Shown here: one piece after another, positions 38,284 to 51,575 of the stretch | Numbering within the stretch: position 1 is the stretch's first letter | How the letters are laid out: every line of letters begins with the position of its first letter | Assembly: GCA_964016885.1 (NCBI GenBank) | Contig: OZ024742.1 | Span: forward strand, 343,356,001 to 343,420,000 | Source of the DNA: Eledone cirrhosa | Taxonomy: Eukaryota | Length of the DNA: 64,000 bases | Direction of reading: 5' to 3' | The notes under the pieces: model-generated | What the model was told of the DNA's origin: nothing | The model's database searches: none | The model's input: only the letters and a program-made list of their open reading frames with translations | Translations under genes and position numbers: made by a program

Positions 38284-38699
38284 AGAAAATGAACAAGAAC
38301 AATTATTATTACCATTATTATTGTTATTATTATTTGTATTATAATCAAACTAAGCCCGACTACATCAACCTATACCATACCATACCATACCATGCCACAC
38401 CACACTGACAAACATTATACGATACCACATTATCCAACACCACACTACGAAACACTGTACGACCTCACATCAGACCATGCTATGAAACAATATACCATAC
38501 TACACTATACAACAATAGACAATACCACACAAGACTATGAAACACTATAGTTTACCACACTATATCACACCACTCAAGTTAGAGAGGATCAACTTTTTTC
38601 CTGGAAAGTAGAAAACCTAACTTTAAGCTAAAACCGAACTTTAAAAATAACTTACCCTAACACTTGCACTCACACAGGCTCTAACAGCGAACTTAGCGC

Positions 38700-41570
38700 T
38701 AACATGAAAACAAACACAAACACAAAATCTGAAAACTAACATTAAATAGAAAACTAACACGAACACTAACACTAAAACTGACACTAACACTAACCTGAAC
38801 ACTTACACTCAAACTAACATTAGCACAAACATTAACCTGAACACTCACATAAACACTAATGCTAACACTAACAGAAATACTAATGCTAACATTAACGCTA
38901 ACCTTAACACAAAAACAAAGACTAACACTAACACAATCACTAACACTAATGCTAACAGAGATACTAACACAAATATTAACACAAAAACAAACACTAACAC
39001 TAACCTTAACACAATCTCTAACACTAACCTTAACACTAAAACTAACACTAACATTAACTTTAACATTAACTTGAACACTAACACTAACCTGAACACTTAC
39101 ACTAAAACTAACACTAACACAAAAACAAACACTAACACAATCTCTCACACTAAAACTAACATTAACTTTAACACTAACCTGAAAACTAAGCTAACATTAA
39201 CCTGAACACGAACACAAACACTCATGCTAACACTAACAGAAATACTAATGCTAACATTAACACAAAAACAAAGACTAACGCTAACTCAATCACTAACACT
39301 AATGGAAACATCAATCACTATTGCTAACAGAGATACTAACACAAATATTAACACACAAACAAACACTAACACAATCTCTAACACTAACCTTAACACTAAA
39401 ACTAACATTAACACTAACATAAGTTGAACACTAACACTAACCTGAACACTTACACTAAAACTAACATTAACCTAAACACTAGCACTTAACACTACCATAA
39501 ACAGTAACACAAACACTGATCTGAGCACTAACCGGAACACTAACACTAAAACTAACCAGAAAACTAAGCTAACATTAACCTCAACACTAAAACAAACACT
39601 AACATTAACAGAAAAACAAAGACTAGCACTAACACTAATGGAAACACTAACACAAACATTAATACAAAATAAAACACTAACACGAATGGAAAAAATAAAA
39701 CTAACACTACCGTAAACACTAACACTAACGCTAATACAAAATCAAACACGAACACTAATGGAAACACTAACACCAAAGCTGACACTGACAAAGATGCCTA
39801 TGTTGGCACAAACGCTAGCGCAAATGTTGACACTATCGCTTACGCTGACACAAACACTAACGTGAATACTGATGCAGGTGCAAAGGTGAATGCTGACAAA
39901 AACTCTGACACACACACTGATGTAAATGCTACACAGACTCTAACGCTGACGTGGACACTGACACAAATGCTCACGCTGATGCAAACACTAAAGCAAATGC
40001 AGACACTAATGCAGACGCAAATGTTGATGCAGATATTAAAGCAAACGCAAATGCTGACGCAAACGATGACAGCGATGCTAATGTGAACCTTAACGCAGAC
40101 GTAAACATTGACGTAGAAGCTAAAGAAAATACTGATGCAAACACTAATGAAAATGCTGACACAGATGCTAACGTAAACACTTACGCAGATGCTAATATAA
40201 ACGCTGACACAGATGCTAACACACGTTGACACAGACGCTAACGTAAACGATGACGTAGATGCTGACGTAGAAGCTAACGTAAACGATGACGTAGTTGTTA
40301 ACATAGAAGCAGGCGTAGAAGTTAGCGTTTACCATTACCGCCGAAGCTGATCTCCAAAACGCAATTGCTGATGCGGATTGCTGAAGCCAAAGCCAAGCTA
40401 ACGCTGACGCAAATGTTGAGGCAGTTTTGCCGGCGCTGACGTGTATGCTGACGCAAATGCTGATGCGGACGCTAGGGCTAAGGCTAACGCTAACGCTGAC
40501 GCAAATGCTGAAGTTAACGCTTACATGGGATATGCAGACGCTGCAATGATGCGGACGCCACAGGAAAGGTTAATGGAAACGCTAATGCTAACGGAAACGC
40601 TGACGTAGACGTTACGGAAACGCTGACGTAGACGTTACGGAAACGCTGACGTAGATGTTACGGAAACGCTGACGTAGAAGCTAACGGAAACGCTGACGTA
40701 GACGTTACGGAAACGCTGACGTAGACGTTACGGAAACGCTGACGTAGAAGCTAACGGAAACGCTGACGTAGACGTTACGGAAACGCTGACGTAGAAGCTA
40801 ACGTAAACGCTGACGTTAACTGAAACGCTGACGCTGATGTAGATATAAATACTGACGCTGAGACAGATGCGGTCGGAAATGCTGACGTAGAAGCTAACGG
40901 AAACGCTGGCTTAGATGCTAACAGAAATGCTGACGTAAACACTGACATAGATGCTGATGTAGAAGCTAACGGAAATACTGACGTAGAAGCTAATGTACAC
41001 GCTGACACAGATGCTAACGTAAATACTGATGTAGAAGCTAACGGAAACATTGACACAGATGCTAACAGAAATGCTGACAAAGACGTTAAAGGAAATGCTG
41101 TCGCAAACGCTAATGCTAATGTGAATGCAGATGCTGACGCAAATGCTAACCCCCACACAAATGCAAATGCTGACGTGCACGCTGATGCAAACGCTGACAC
41201 TGAGGGAAATGCTGACTCAGAAGCTGACGTAGACGCAGGCACTGAAACAAACACTAATGTTGACTCAGACGCTAAGGGAAATGCTGACACAATCACTATC
41301 ACCAATGCAGATGCTGACGCAAATGTTGACATAGATGCTGACACTTACGCAAACACTAACGCAGATGCTAACCAGTCTACATAGACACTAACACGAAAGC
41401 TTACATAGACGCTTATGCAAATGCTAACGCTGATGCAGACAGTAACATAAACAGTAACTGTAAGAGTTACAGTTACAGTAACACTAACAGTAACAGTAAT
41501 GCTAACAGTAACACAGTCACTAACAATAAACTTACCATTAACAGTAAAACTTACCCTAATACTAACCCCA
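38700..41570. repeat. Hexamer-periodic low-complexity tract, copy 2
   Basis: Collinear with 1-2570; extra 23/24-bp units GTTACGGAAACGCTGACGTAGAC at ~40590-40800. Confidence 0.85.
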
Positions 41571-44500
41571 AATCTAACATTAATCTGGAGAAAAAGTCAT
41601 TTGCAATCACATTTAAGGTCACTCTTTAAGATATAGAAGATAGGCATTACATTTTAATGATTTTAATTTAAAGAGAATCACGCTATACGATGTAACACAA
41701 TAACACACCACACCACACTAACCTACACTTCACCAAACCAGATTATACCATACCTTGGTAAATTTATGATAGGTTTCCATGTTATAACTACACCAAACTA
41801 AACTACACCAAACCAAACCTCACCATAACAAACTACACCATACTACATCACACCATGCTATTGAACTCGGTGTGAAAAATTTTCTTCCTACTTTTTTTGT
41901 GTGTGTGCTTACCACCCAATCTGACATTAAAAGTGTTCGCAATTAACTTTTTTTTGCACATATTACCAATGAAGACTTTGAAACCTGTTGAAAATGACTA
42001 GCTTTGTAGAAAAAAGAGGGTGGAAAGTGGGTGGAAATACCATTCACAAAGCTTGTCATTTTTTATTGCAGTGAAAGTCATATTTGTTGTTAATATGGTA
42101 ATGGAGGCACATGGCTTAGTGGTTAGAGCATTGGCCTTGCAATCGAAAAGTTGTAAGTTCAATTCTCAGACCAGGTGGTGTGTTGTTTCCTTGAGCAAGA
42201 CACTTTATTTCACATTGCTCCAGTTTATTCAGCTGTAGAAATGAGAAGATAGGGTCTGGGGTCCCTATCATTCCACTGCAAAGTGGTCGTGTAGGTGCCA
42301 TGGCAAAAACCACCCAGCACTCACTGTAAATGAAGTTGGTGTTAGGAAGGGCATCCAGCTGTAGAAATCGAGCCAGAATCAGTTCCCATCCCACCCTTGC
42401 AAGCAGGGAAAAGCGGACGTAAAATGATGATGATGATGATATATATGTGAAAGCATAGTCGGCTGTGAGCATGTTGGAGGTTGGAAAACCATAACACATT
42501 AAACTACATCAAACTACACCATACTACATCACACCATGCTATTAATCTCAGTGTGAACATTTTTCTTCCTGTTTTTTTTTCTGTGTGTGTGTGTGCTTAC
42601 CACCCAATCTGATATCAAAGGTACTCACAAATGACTATTTTTTTTACACATTATCAATGTATATAACATGGAAATCTATCATTTGCAATAGGTTCCCATG
42701 TCATAACTACAACAGTCCAAACCACACCACAACAAACTACACCATTCTACATCACACCATGCTTTTGATCTCTGTGTGAAAAATTTTCTTCCTGTTTGTT
42801 TCTTTTTTTTTGTGTTTTCTTACCACCCAATCTGACAACAAAGGTGCAGCAATTGACTATTTTTCGCACATATTATCAATAATTATGACATGGTATACTA
42901 TCGAAAATGACTAGCTTTGTAGAAAAAAAAGAGAGGATGTGGGTGGAAATACCTTTTACAAAGCTAGTCATTTAATATTGCGGTGGAAGTCATATTTTTT
43001 GTTAATATGCTAAAAGCATAGTCCACTGCGAGCATCTTGGAATTTGTATTAGTTGATAGCACATGCAAAAGTGAAGGAAAAAATTTTTTTCTTACATAAA
43101 TCAAAGTGGAAATTTAATTCCTTACTTATAACAAGGCACAGCACATTAATCTACCTCAAACCACACCATATCAAACAGCACCATATTATGGTAAATTTAT
43201 TACAGAACACCTACTCCTATCATTTACATCACACCATGGTATGGACATCAATGTGACAAATTTGCTACCTGCTTTTTTTTTTTTTTTTGTGGTTACCACC
43301 CAAACTAACATCAAAGGTGCTTGCAAATGACTATTTTCCCACACATTATCAATGAATATGACATGGGAATCTATCATTTACAATTGGTTTCCATTTCATA
43401 ACTTCACCATACTACATTGCACCAAGCTATTGATCTTGGTGTGAAAAATTTTTTTCCTGTTTCCTTTTTTTTTTTTTTTTCTGTGTGCTTACCACCCAAT
43501 CTGACATTAAAGGTGCTTCCAATTTACTTTATTTTTTCACATATCAATAATTATGACATGGAAACCTGTCAAAAATGACTATCTTTGTAGAAACTTCACC
43601 AAATCACACCAAGCTATTGATTTTGGTGTGACATATTTTCATCTGGCATTTTTTTTTTTTTTTTGTGCTTACCACCCAATTTGACATAAAAGGTGCTCGC
43701 AAATTACTATTTTATGCACATATTATCAATGAATATAACTTGGGAATCTATCGTTTACAATTGGTTTCCATTTCATAACTTAACCAAACCAAACCACACC
43801 ATACCAAGTTACACCATACTACATCACACCAAGCTATTGATCTTGGTGTGAAACATTTTTTTTTCTGTGTGCTTACCACCCAATCTGACATTAAAGGTGC
43901 TCCCAATTGACTATTTTTTTTCCACTTATCAATAATTATGACATGGAAACCTGTCGAAACTGACTGTTTGTGGAAACTTCACCACACCATACTACATCAC
44001 ACCAAGCTATTGATTTTGGTGTGACAAATTTTCATCTGGCATATTTTTTTTTTTTTTTTTTTTTTTTTGTGCTTACAATTTGACATAAAAGGTGCTCGCA
44101 AATTACTATTTTATGCACATATTATCAATGGTTATGACATGGAAACTTGATGAAAATGACTAGCTTTGTGGAAAAAAGAGGGATGTGGGTGGAAATACCA
44201 TTTACAAAGCTAGCCATTTTTTATTGCAGCGGAAGTCATATTTTTTGTTAATATGCTAAAAGCATAGTCCACTGCGAGCTTCTTGAAGTTGATAGCACAT
44301 GCAAAAATGAAGGAAATTTTTTTTTTTTAACATAAATCAAAGTGGAAATTTAAATCCTCACTTATAACAAAGCACGCCACAGCACATTAATCTACCCCAA
44401 TCCACACCATATACTTCACCATAACCATACTTCATTATATGGTAAATTTATTACAGAACACCTACTCCTACCATATACATCACACCTTGGTATGGAGATC

Positions 44501-47500
44501 AATGTGACAAATTTGCTACCTTCTTTTTTTTTTTTTTTTTTTTTTTTGTGGTTACCACCTCAAACTAACATCAAAGGTGCTTGCAAATGACTATTTTCCC
44601 ACACATTATCAATGAATATGACATGGGAATCTATCGTTTACAAGTGGTTTCCATTTCATAACTTCTCCAAACCACACCATATAAAGTTACACCATACTAC
44701 ATTGCACCAAGCTATTGATCTTGGTGTGAAACATTTTTTTCTGTGTGCTTACCATCCAATCTGACATTAAAGGTACTCCCAATTTAGTTTATTTTTTCAC
44801 ATATCAATAATTATGACATGGAACTTCACCAAACCACACCATACTACATCACACCAAGCTATTGATTTTGGTGTGACAAATTTTCATTTGGCTTTTTTTT
44901 TTTTTTTTTTTTTTTTTTTTTGTGCCTACCACCCAATTTGACATAAATGGTGCTTGCAAATTACTATTTTATGCACATATTATCAATGGTTATGACATGG
45001 AAACCTGATGAAAATGACTAGCTTTGTAGAAAAAAGAGGGAGGATGTGGGTGGAAATAGCATTTACAAAGCTAGTCATTTTTTTTATTGCAGCGGAAGTC
45101 ATATTTTTTGTTAATATGCTAAAAGCATAGTCCACTGCGAGCATCTTTTTTCTAACAAATCAAAGTGGAAATTTAAATCCTCACTTATAACAAAGCACAC
45201 CACAGCACATTAATCTACCCCAATCCACACCATATACTTCACCATATGGTAAATTTATAAAAAAAACACCTACTCCTACCATTTACATCACACCAATGCT
45301 CGCAGTTGACTATTTTTTTCACATATTATGAATGAATATAACTTTGAAACCTATCGTCAATGATTAGCTTTGTAGCAAAATGAAGCCAGAAAGTGGGTGG
45401 AAAAACTATTCACAAAGCTAGTCATTTTTAATTGCAGTGGAAATGATATTCGTTGTTAATATGCTAAAAAAATAGTCAATTGCAAGCATTTTGGAGGTCG
45501 GATTAGTTGATAGGACATAGACAATATTTGTTTTCCTTTGTTTTTTTTATGTTCCTGTGGAAAGTCGGGTCTTCTATATTACTGTGTGATGCCAGAGGTC
45601 ATGGTCGTGTGTCATTGCCCTTGAGAGGTGCAATTGGGAAAGGTTGGGTTAGAAATATTTACTTCTGCGTTCACAGATTGATTTTTTTTTTTTTAGTTTC
45701 AGAAGATCCCATTAAGGGTGAAAGCAGCCGATTCTTTGCTTAAACTTTAATCTGTTATTTTAATAAATATTTGCTCTACGGTTCTTATATAATTGATATA
45801 TATTTATCCCTATCGAGCCCTCTTTGGATTTTAGTCTTTATATGTATTATTACTAATATATATATATATAGTGTGTGTATGTATATATTAGTTTATATAT
45901 ATGTGTGTGTATGTATATATATATATATACATACATATTGAGAGCATTGGCCTTGCAATCGAAAGGTTGTGAGTTCAATTCTCACACCGGGTGATGTGTT
46001 GTTTCCTTGAGCAAGACATTTTATTTCACATTGCTCCAGTTTACTCAGCTGTAGAAACGAGATGATAGGACTGGGGTCCCTATCATTCCACTGCAAAGTG
46101 GTCGTGGAGGTGCCACTGGAAAAAAGCACCTAGCACTCACTGTAAATGAGGTTGGTGTTAGGAAGGGCATCCAGCTGTAGAAATCAAGCCAGAATCAGTT
46201 CCCGTCCCACCCTTGCAAGCAGGGAAAAAGTGGACATAAAATGAAATGAAATGATGAATACTCCCAGCTGTGGTCACCCCATAGTATAAAACTAACCATG
46301 GAGCTTGAAGCAATCCAACGAAGCTACACCAAGAAGGTTGCTATGATGGAGATAAACTACTGGGAGAGTCTAAAAGAACTGAATCTCTACTCCTCAGAAT
46401 GAAGACGGAAGAGATATGCAATTATATACATATGGAAAATCCTGGGGAAACTAAAACCAAACTTTCGCATTGAGAGCTGGACCAATTCTCGAACAGGACG
46501 TCACTGTGTGGTACCAAAGGTCCCATCTTCCACATCTAGAATCAGGAGCAGCTATTGCAATAGCCTGGGGTTCAAAGGCCCTCAACTTGGTTTTCAAAAT
46601 TTTAATTTGTGTTTCCTATTCATCAATGCTTCAAGCAAGCTATAAAACTCTGTTATATTTCATCATCATCATTTTATGTCAGTTCTTCTACGCTAGCATG
46701 GGTTGTCCTGTTGTGGGCAGTGTCCGGTCTGCTGACCTTGTCTTGCTCATACGGGAACTGATTCTGGCTAGATGCCCTTCCTAACACCAACCTCATTTAC
46801 AGTGAGTGCTGGGTGTTTTTTGTTTTTTTGCAGTGGAATGATAGGGACCCCAGTCCTATCATCTCATTTCTACAGCTGAGAAAACTGGAGCAATGTGAAA
46901 TAAGGTGTCTTGCTCAAGGAAACAATACTTCACCCGGTCCGAGAATTAAACTCACAACCTTTCAATTGCAAGCCCAATGCTCTAACCACTGAGCCATGTG
47001 CCTTCTATTGTTGGCAATGTTAGGTCAGGTGACCATGTCTTGCTCATAAAGAACTGATTTTGGCTTGGTTTCTACAGCTGGATGCCCTTCCTTATGCCAA
47101 GCTCATTTACAGTGAGTACTGGGTGTTTTTTGTTGTGATTCCTCCACGACTACTTTACAGTGTGGACTGGGTGTTTTTTACCGTGTCACCATCACGACCA
47201 CTTTACAGTGTTTTGGCCTGTTCTCATGAAAGATATATTGGCGGGTGGGATGGAGTGGTGCATACTGTATGTATGTTTCAGCCTTGGCCTGGGCCCATGG
47301 GAAGTTGGGGTTTCTGTATTACCTCATAACGCCAGAGCTCTTGGTCCTGTGTCATTGCCTTTCAGAGGTGCAATTGGGCAAGGTCGGCTTTTATCACTTC
47401 ATCTCAAGTCTTTCTGGGACTTTATGTAGCTGTCATCCTTCATACGAATCACATGTCCATACCAACATAATCTCCTCTCCTGCACACAACATTTGATTCC

Positions 47501-50105
47501 TCTTATGCCTAGTTTCTCTTTCAGTTTGTTTATGCTTTGCTGTTTGCGTATATTACTATTACACATCCATTGGAGCATACAAGCTTCACTTCTTTCTTAT
47601 CTACGCAAGTCTTCTACACACAGTGCCCAGCTCTCACTAACATGCAACATTGCCGTTCATATGCACACAACATACAGTCTACCTTTTATTCTGAGGGAAA
47701 AGCCTTTTGTATCCAGCTGTGGCAGTAGCTCTCTCAACTTCTTCCATCCCGTTCTTTCAGAACACCCCCCTCCGCTGCTAATTCGGTATTGTTTTTACCA
47801 AGTCCTCCCAGACTTTGATGCCACTTGTTTTCAGTGATTGTTTCTACCTACACCTCTCCTATATAATGAGCGCACGCACGCACACGCACGCACGCACGCG
47901 CGCGCGCATTCTCTTTCTCAATTACCACCACCTTGCTGCATTTCACATTTTTTTTTTTGTAAGAAAGTGATGATTGATTTTAAATCAGTGATATAATTTA
48001 TGGAGAAAAACTCTGCATTTCAATATTACTCAATGTAAAATATAATACATGAAAAATAGGAAAAAATTTTTTGTAATATATCAAATCAAAATTACATTAT
48101 TAAATCTTATTCTTATTTTGTTTCTTGTAATTTTTTTTTAAAATATCAATTCAAAACTTTTGTGAATAGGCATATCTTGTCATTTACCTATGGTTTAAAT
48201 CTCATATAAATCGAAGGGAAAAAGTTTTCAGCGGGGGTTTATGCCTCCCCTGGAACACTAATAGGGGGGTTTAACCTTCATTAAAGTCTTTGATTAAAAT
48301 GAAATATACTTATCCAAGTACCCTGGGCAATGTAGTTTCAGAATATATATGGTTATGGGGGTCTATCTCCTAAACCATAGGAGGAGTTCGTAAAATCTTG
48401 TTCCATTTAGTGGCCAAAATTTTCACTATAGGGCGTTTAACCACAATTAGGTTGTCTTAATATAATTGAAATTTGCTGAAATTTTGTGAATAGGCATCAT
48501 ACCTCTTCATTTATCTATGGTTTAAATTGTATATAAATCGAACCGAAAAAATTGGCAGCGGGGATTTTGTGCCCCCCGATGAACCCTAATAGGGGGTTTA
48601 ACCCCCATTAGGGTATTTTAATTTTATTGAAGTTTGCTGAAATTTTGTGAATAGGCATCATATCTTGTCATTTACCTATGGTTTAAATTTCATATAAATC
48701 GAAGGCAAAAAAGTTTCGGCGGCGGTTTTGTGCCCCCCAATGAACCCTTTGATTAAAATGAAATATACTTACTACATTGCCCAGGGTACTTGTATATCAG
48801 AATATATATGGTTATAGGAGTCTATCTCCAAAACTATAGGAGTTCGTAAAATCTTGTTCTATTTATTGGCCAAACTTTTCACTATAGGATGTCTTAATAA
48901 TATTAAAATTTGCACACACTCACACATCACACACATATATATACACATACACAAACACACATATATATATATACACACACAAACACACACACATATCTTT
49001 TAGCAGAGCATTTTAATATTGCCACTCAATGAAAACCTTTTGTTTGTTTGGAATAAATGAACCTTGAAAATTAGGAGTGCCTGTCAGTGTGTATGTGTTT
49101 GTCTATAGGTACTTAGCATAAATTTACTACCCTCCCCTACCACTATAAAATGTATAAATACCACCATATTACATTGACAGTCGGCTTTTCTGATGATTTC
49201 CTCCGAATGAAAGTCCTGTTGAAGCCATTTCTATATTAAATATATATACTTTTAGCTGTTACAGCCATCCGACTGAGACCATGATTGGGCACTGCCCTTG
49301 TTGCTACACATTCTATCTCCAGCCTGTGTTGGCTGGCCATTGATGTAAGAGAGAGTTCGTTGCTACTGCCCTTAGATTACCTTCGTACCGTGCTGTGGGC
49401 TCATCAGGGATCCTGGATTGCAGGGTGTCGAAGTTTCTTGAAATTATCCATGGCCACACTATGTAGATCTCTCAAATCCCTCGGCAGTTTGTTGAAGAGT
49501 TGAGGGCCTTTGAACCCCAGTCTATTGCAATATCTGCTTTTTGTTCTAGATGTGGAAGACGGGACCTTTGTCACCACACAGTGACGTCCTGTTCGGGGGT
49601 TGGTCCCGCTCTCAATGCAAAAGTTTGGCGCTAGTCCTTCCAGGATTTTCCATATGTATATCACTGCGTATCTCTCCTGTCTTTGTTCCAAGGAGGCGAG
49701 TTTAAGTTCTTTTAGTCTCTCCCAGTGGCAATCCTCTTGGTGTAGCTTCGTTGGATTGTCTCAAGTTCCGTGGTTAGTTTGATACTATGGGGTGACCGCA
49801 GGTGGGAGCAATAGTCCAGGTGGCTTAGGACAAATGTCCTTCATAGTATCAAGATGGTCTCTCGGTCTCTTATATAGAAAATCTCAAATAAAAAGTCAAG
49901 ATTTGTTTCGATTTAACAGAGCAGAAAGAATTTGTGTCAGAATATTCCAACCAATCCAGCCTATATCAGCTGAATAAATATGTATATGGAGATATATATA
50001 CACACCCACATATATATATATATATATATATACACACCCACATATATATATATATACACACACAGACACAGACAGACAGACACACACACACACACACACA
50101 CACAC

Positions 50106-50682
50106 AATGGCTGCCCCCTCGTTATCGAGTATGGCCATTGCACGATATACCATTATTAATTAATTCTATTGTGCTGTGCATGAAGATATTTTTTAAAATG
50201 AGGAAAGACTGTGCACTGAGCCAATCCCACTCTGAGCGACAGTAGCTATAACCCGAAAAGAAAATATCAACATCATTGGTAACTACTGAGCCGCAGGTTT
50301 TATATCGGAGTTATCCCAGTATCCTGAGTTGCCTTCTCTTGATAAAGGCTAGGGGACCTTCACTCCCAGTTGTTTAATCGCGCAATCGGGTGTCCAGCCC
50401 GACTATTTCTATGTCCTCGTGCATATACATACACATGCACCCATGTATATATACATATACAAACATATGTATATGTGTATATACATATTTACACACTTTT
50501 GGATGGCCGTTGACTCTTACGAGTTCTTCCACCCTTTGTTAGGTTTTGTTTTTTGTCCTGCAGGGTGTCCAAAATCACCCTCCTCACCAAGTAAACTTGG
50601 TGGCGTTGCCGGTTTAGTCGCCGACGACCCGACCATGCGACAGGTTGTACAGGGTTACATTTTACCAGTAGCACTCAAGTGA
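50106..50682 (-). mobile_element. Short non-coding RTE-derived (bipartite-type) element; copy 1 (14587-14930 + 19210-19410) is split by the full-length RTE
   Basis: The 3' end ...CGAG.GGGCAGCCAT resembles the BovB-like RTE tail at ~19445; internal AGCCTT...CTAGGAGAAGGCAACTC resembles from memory an RTE 5'-region motif; GGTCG..GG/CC..CGACC hairpin. Confidence 0.45.
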
Positions 50683-50704
50683 CTCGACATACATACATAC
50701 ACAC

Positions 50705-51575
50705 AGGAACAGGAGATTAACACGAAATACCTGATTCACAAAAGAGATAGGGATGCAGGCAAAACACCTAGATGTGATAACAAGTGCAGACTCTGCAGAA
50801 CTAACATCGAGGATATCACCCATGTCATCAGCAGCTCTCCAAAGATGTCATCGCGGTACTATCTACCTATGAGGCATGATGTAGTGGCCAAAACACTGTA
50901 CAATGCAGTTTGTAAAAAAGGTAGCCCCGATAATAAACATTAAAAGCTACAGCAATGTGGAAGACATCCATGTACATAATATGAAAGAGTACTGGTGGTA
51001 TGTTCCAGTAAAAACCCCAATAAAATGCAGGCATAAGACCAGATATTATGATATGGGACAGGGAGAAGAAAGCATGCACAGTAGTGGAAATTAGCTGCCC
51101 AGCAGATGCCAATATAATATCAAAGATTAGTGAAAAGGAGAATATTTATGCAGAACTGATGAGAAATCTGCAGATACTCCACCCTGATTACACCTTCAGA
51201 TTTATGCCTGTGATTATTGGGGCACTGGGATATGTTAGTAACTGCCTCAATACAAATCTTGAGAAGCTAGGCTTCACAGGAACAGAAAGAACACAACTAG
51301 TTAGGAAATTACAAGTAGAATCCATTAATGGAACAGTAAAAATATGTAAAACATTCCAAAAATGTTGCATCTAATAACTGCATATACACATGTACAGATG
51401 CAAAGCACATACAACTCAAAACATACACATACAATAACATCCATATCTACACATGCATGCATACATACATATCTACCTAGTTGATGTGTAAATTCCAATG
51501 AGAGAGTCTTGTGTCTGTGAGAAACCGACTCTCTATTGGTAAAACTTGTGAAATTATAAAACCAGAACATACATA
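50705..51575 (+). mobile_element. 5'-truncated restriction-like-endonuclease LINE (R4/Dong-like), inserted in a (CATA)n tract
   Basis: QEQEINTKY...CRLCRTNIEDITHVIS...RHDVVAK...RPDIMIWD...VVEISCP...PVIIGALG; absent from copy 1 (~19415-19440). Confidence 0.85.

Larger units (their letters stand above)
35864..38344 (+). pseudogene. Candidate exon 2c encoding (EVK[GS]T[GER])n repeat protein, interrupted by an LTR element
   Basis: Acceptor TTTTGGTATTTAG|AT; removing 35895-37887 gives in-frame DGREDKGTEEVKGTEVKSTEEVK...EDKENEQEQLLLPLLLLLLFVL*. Confidence 0.45.

Noticed and set aside
37802-38302. CAFDFS, RSQRHR and TSPVPL repeat ORFs
   Set aside because: Alternative frames of the 18-bp array; only the EVKGTG frame is supported by a splice acceptor and the pre-insertion junction.
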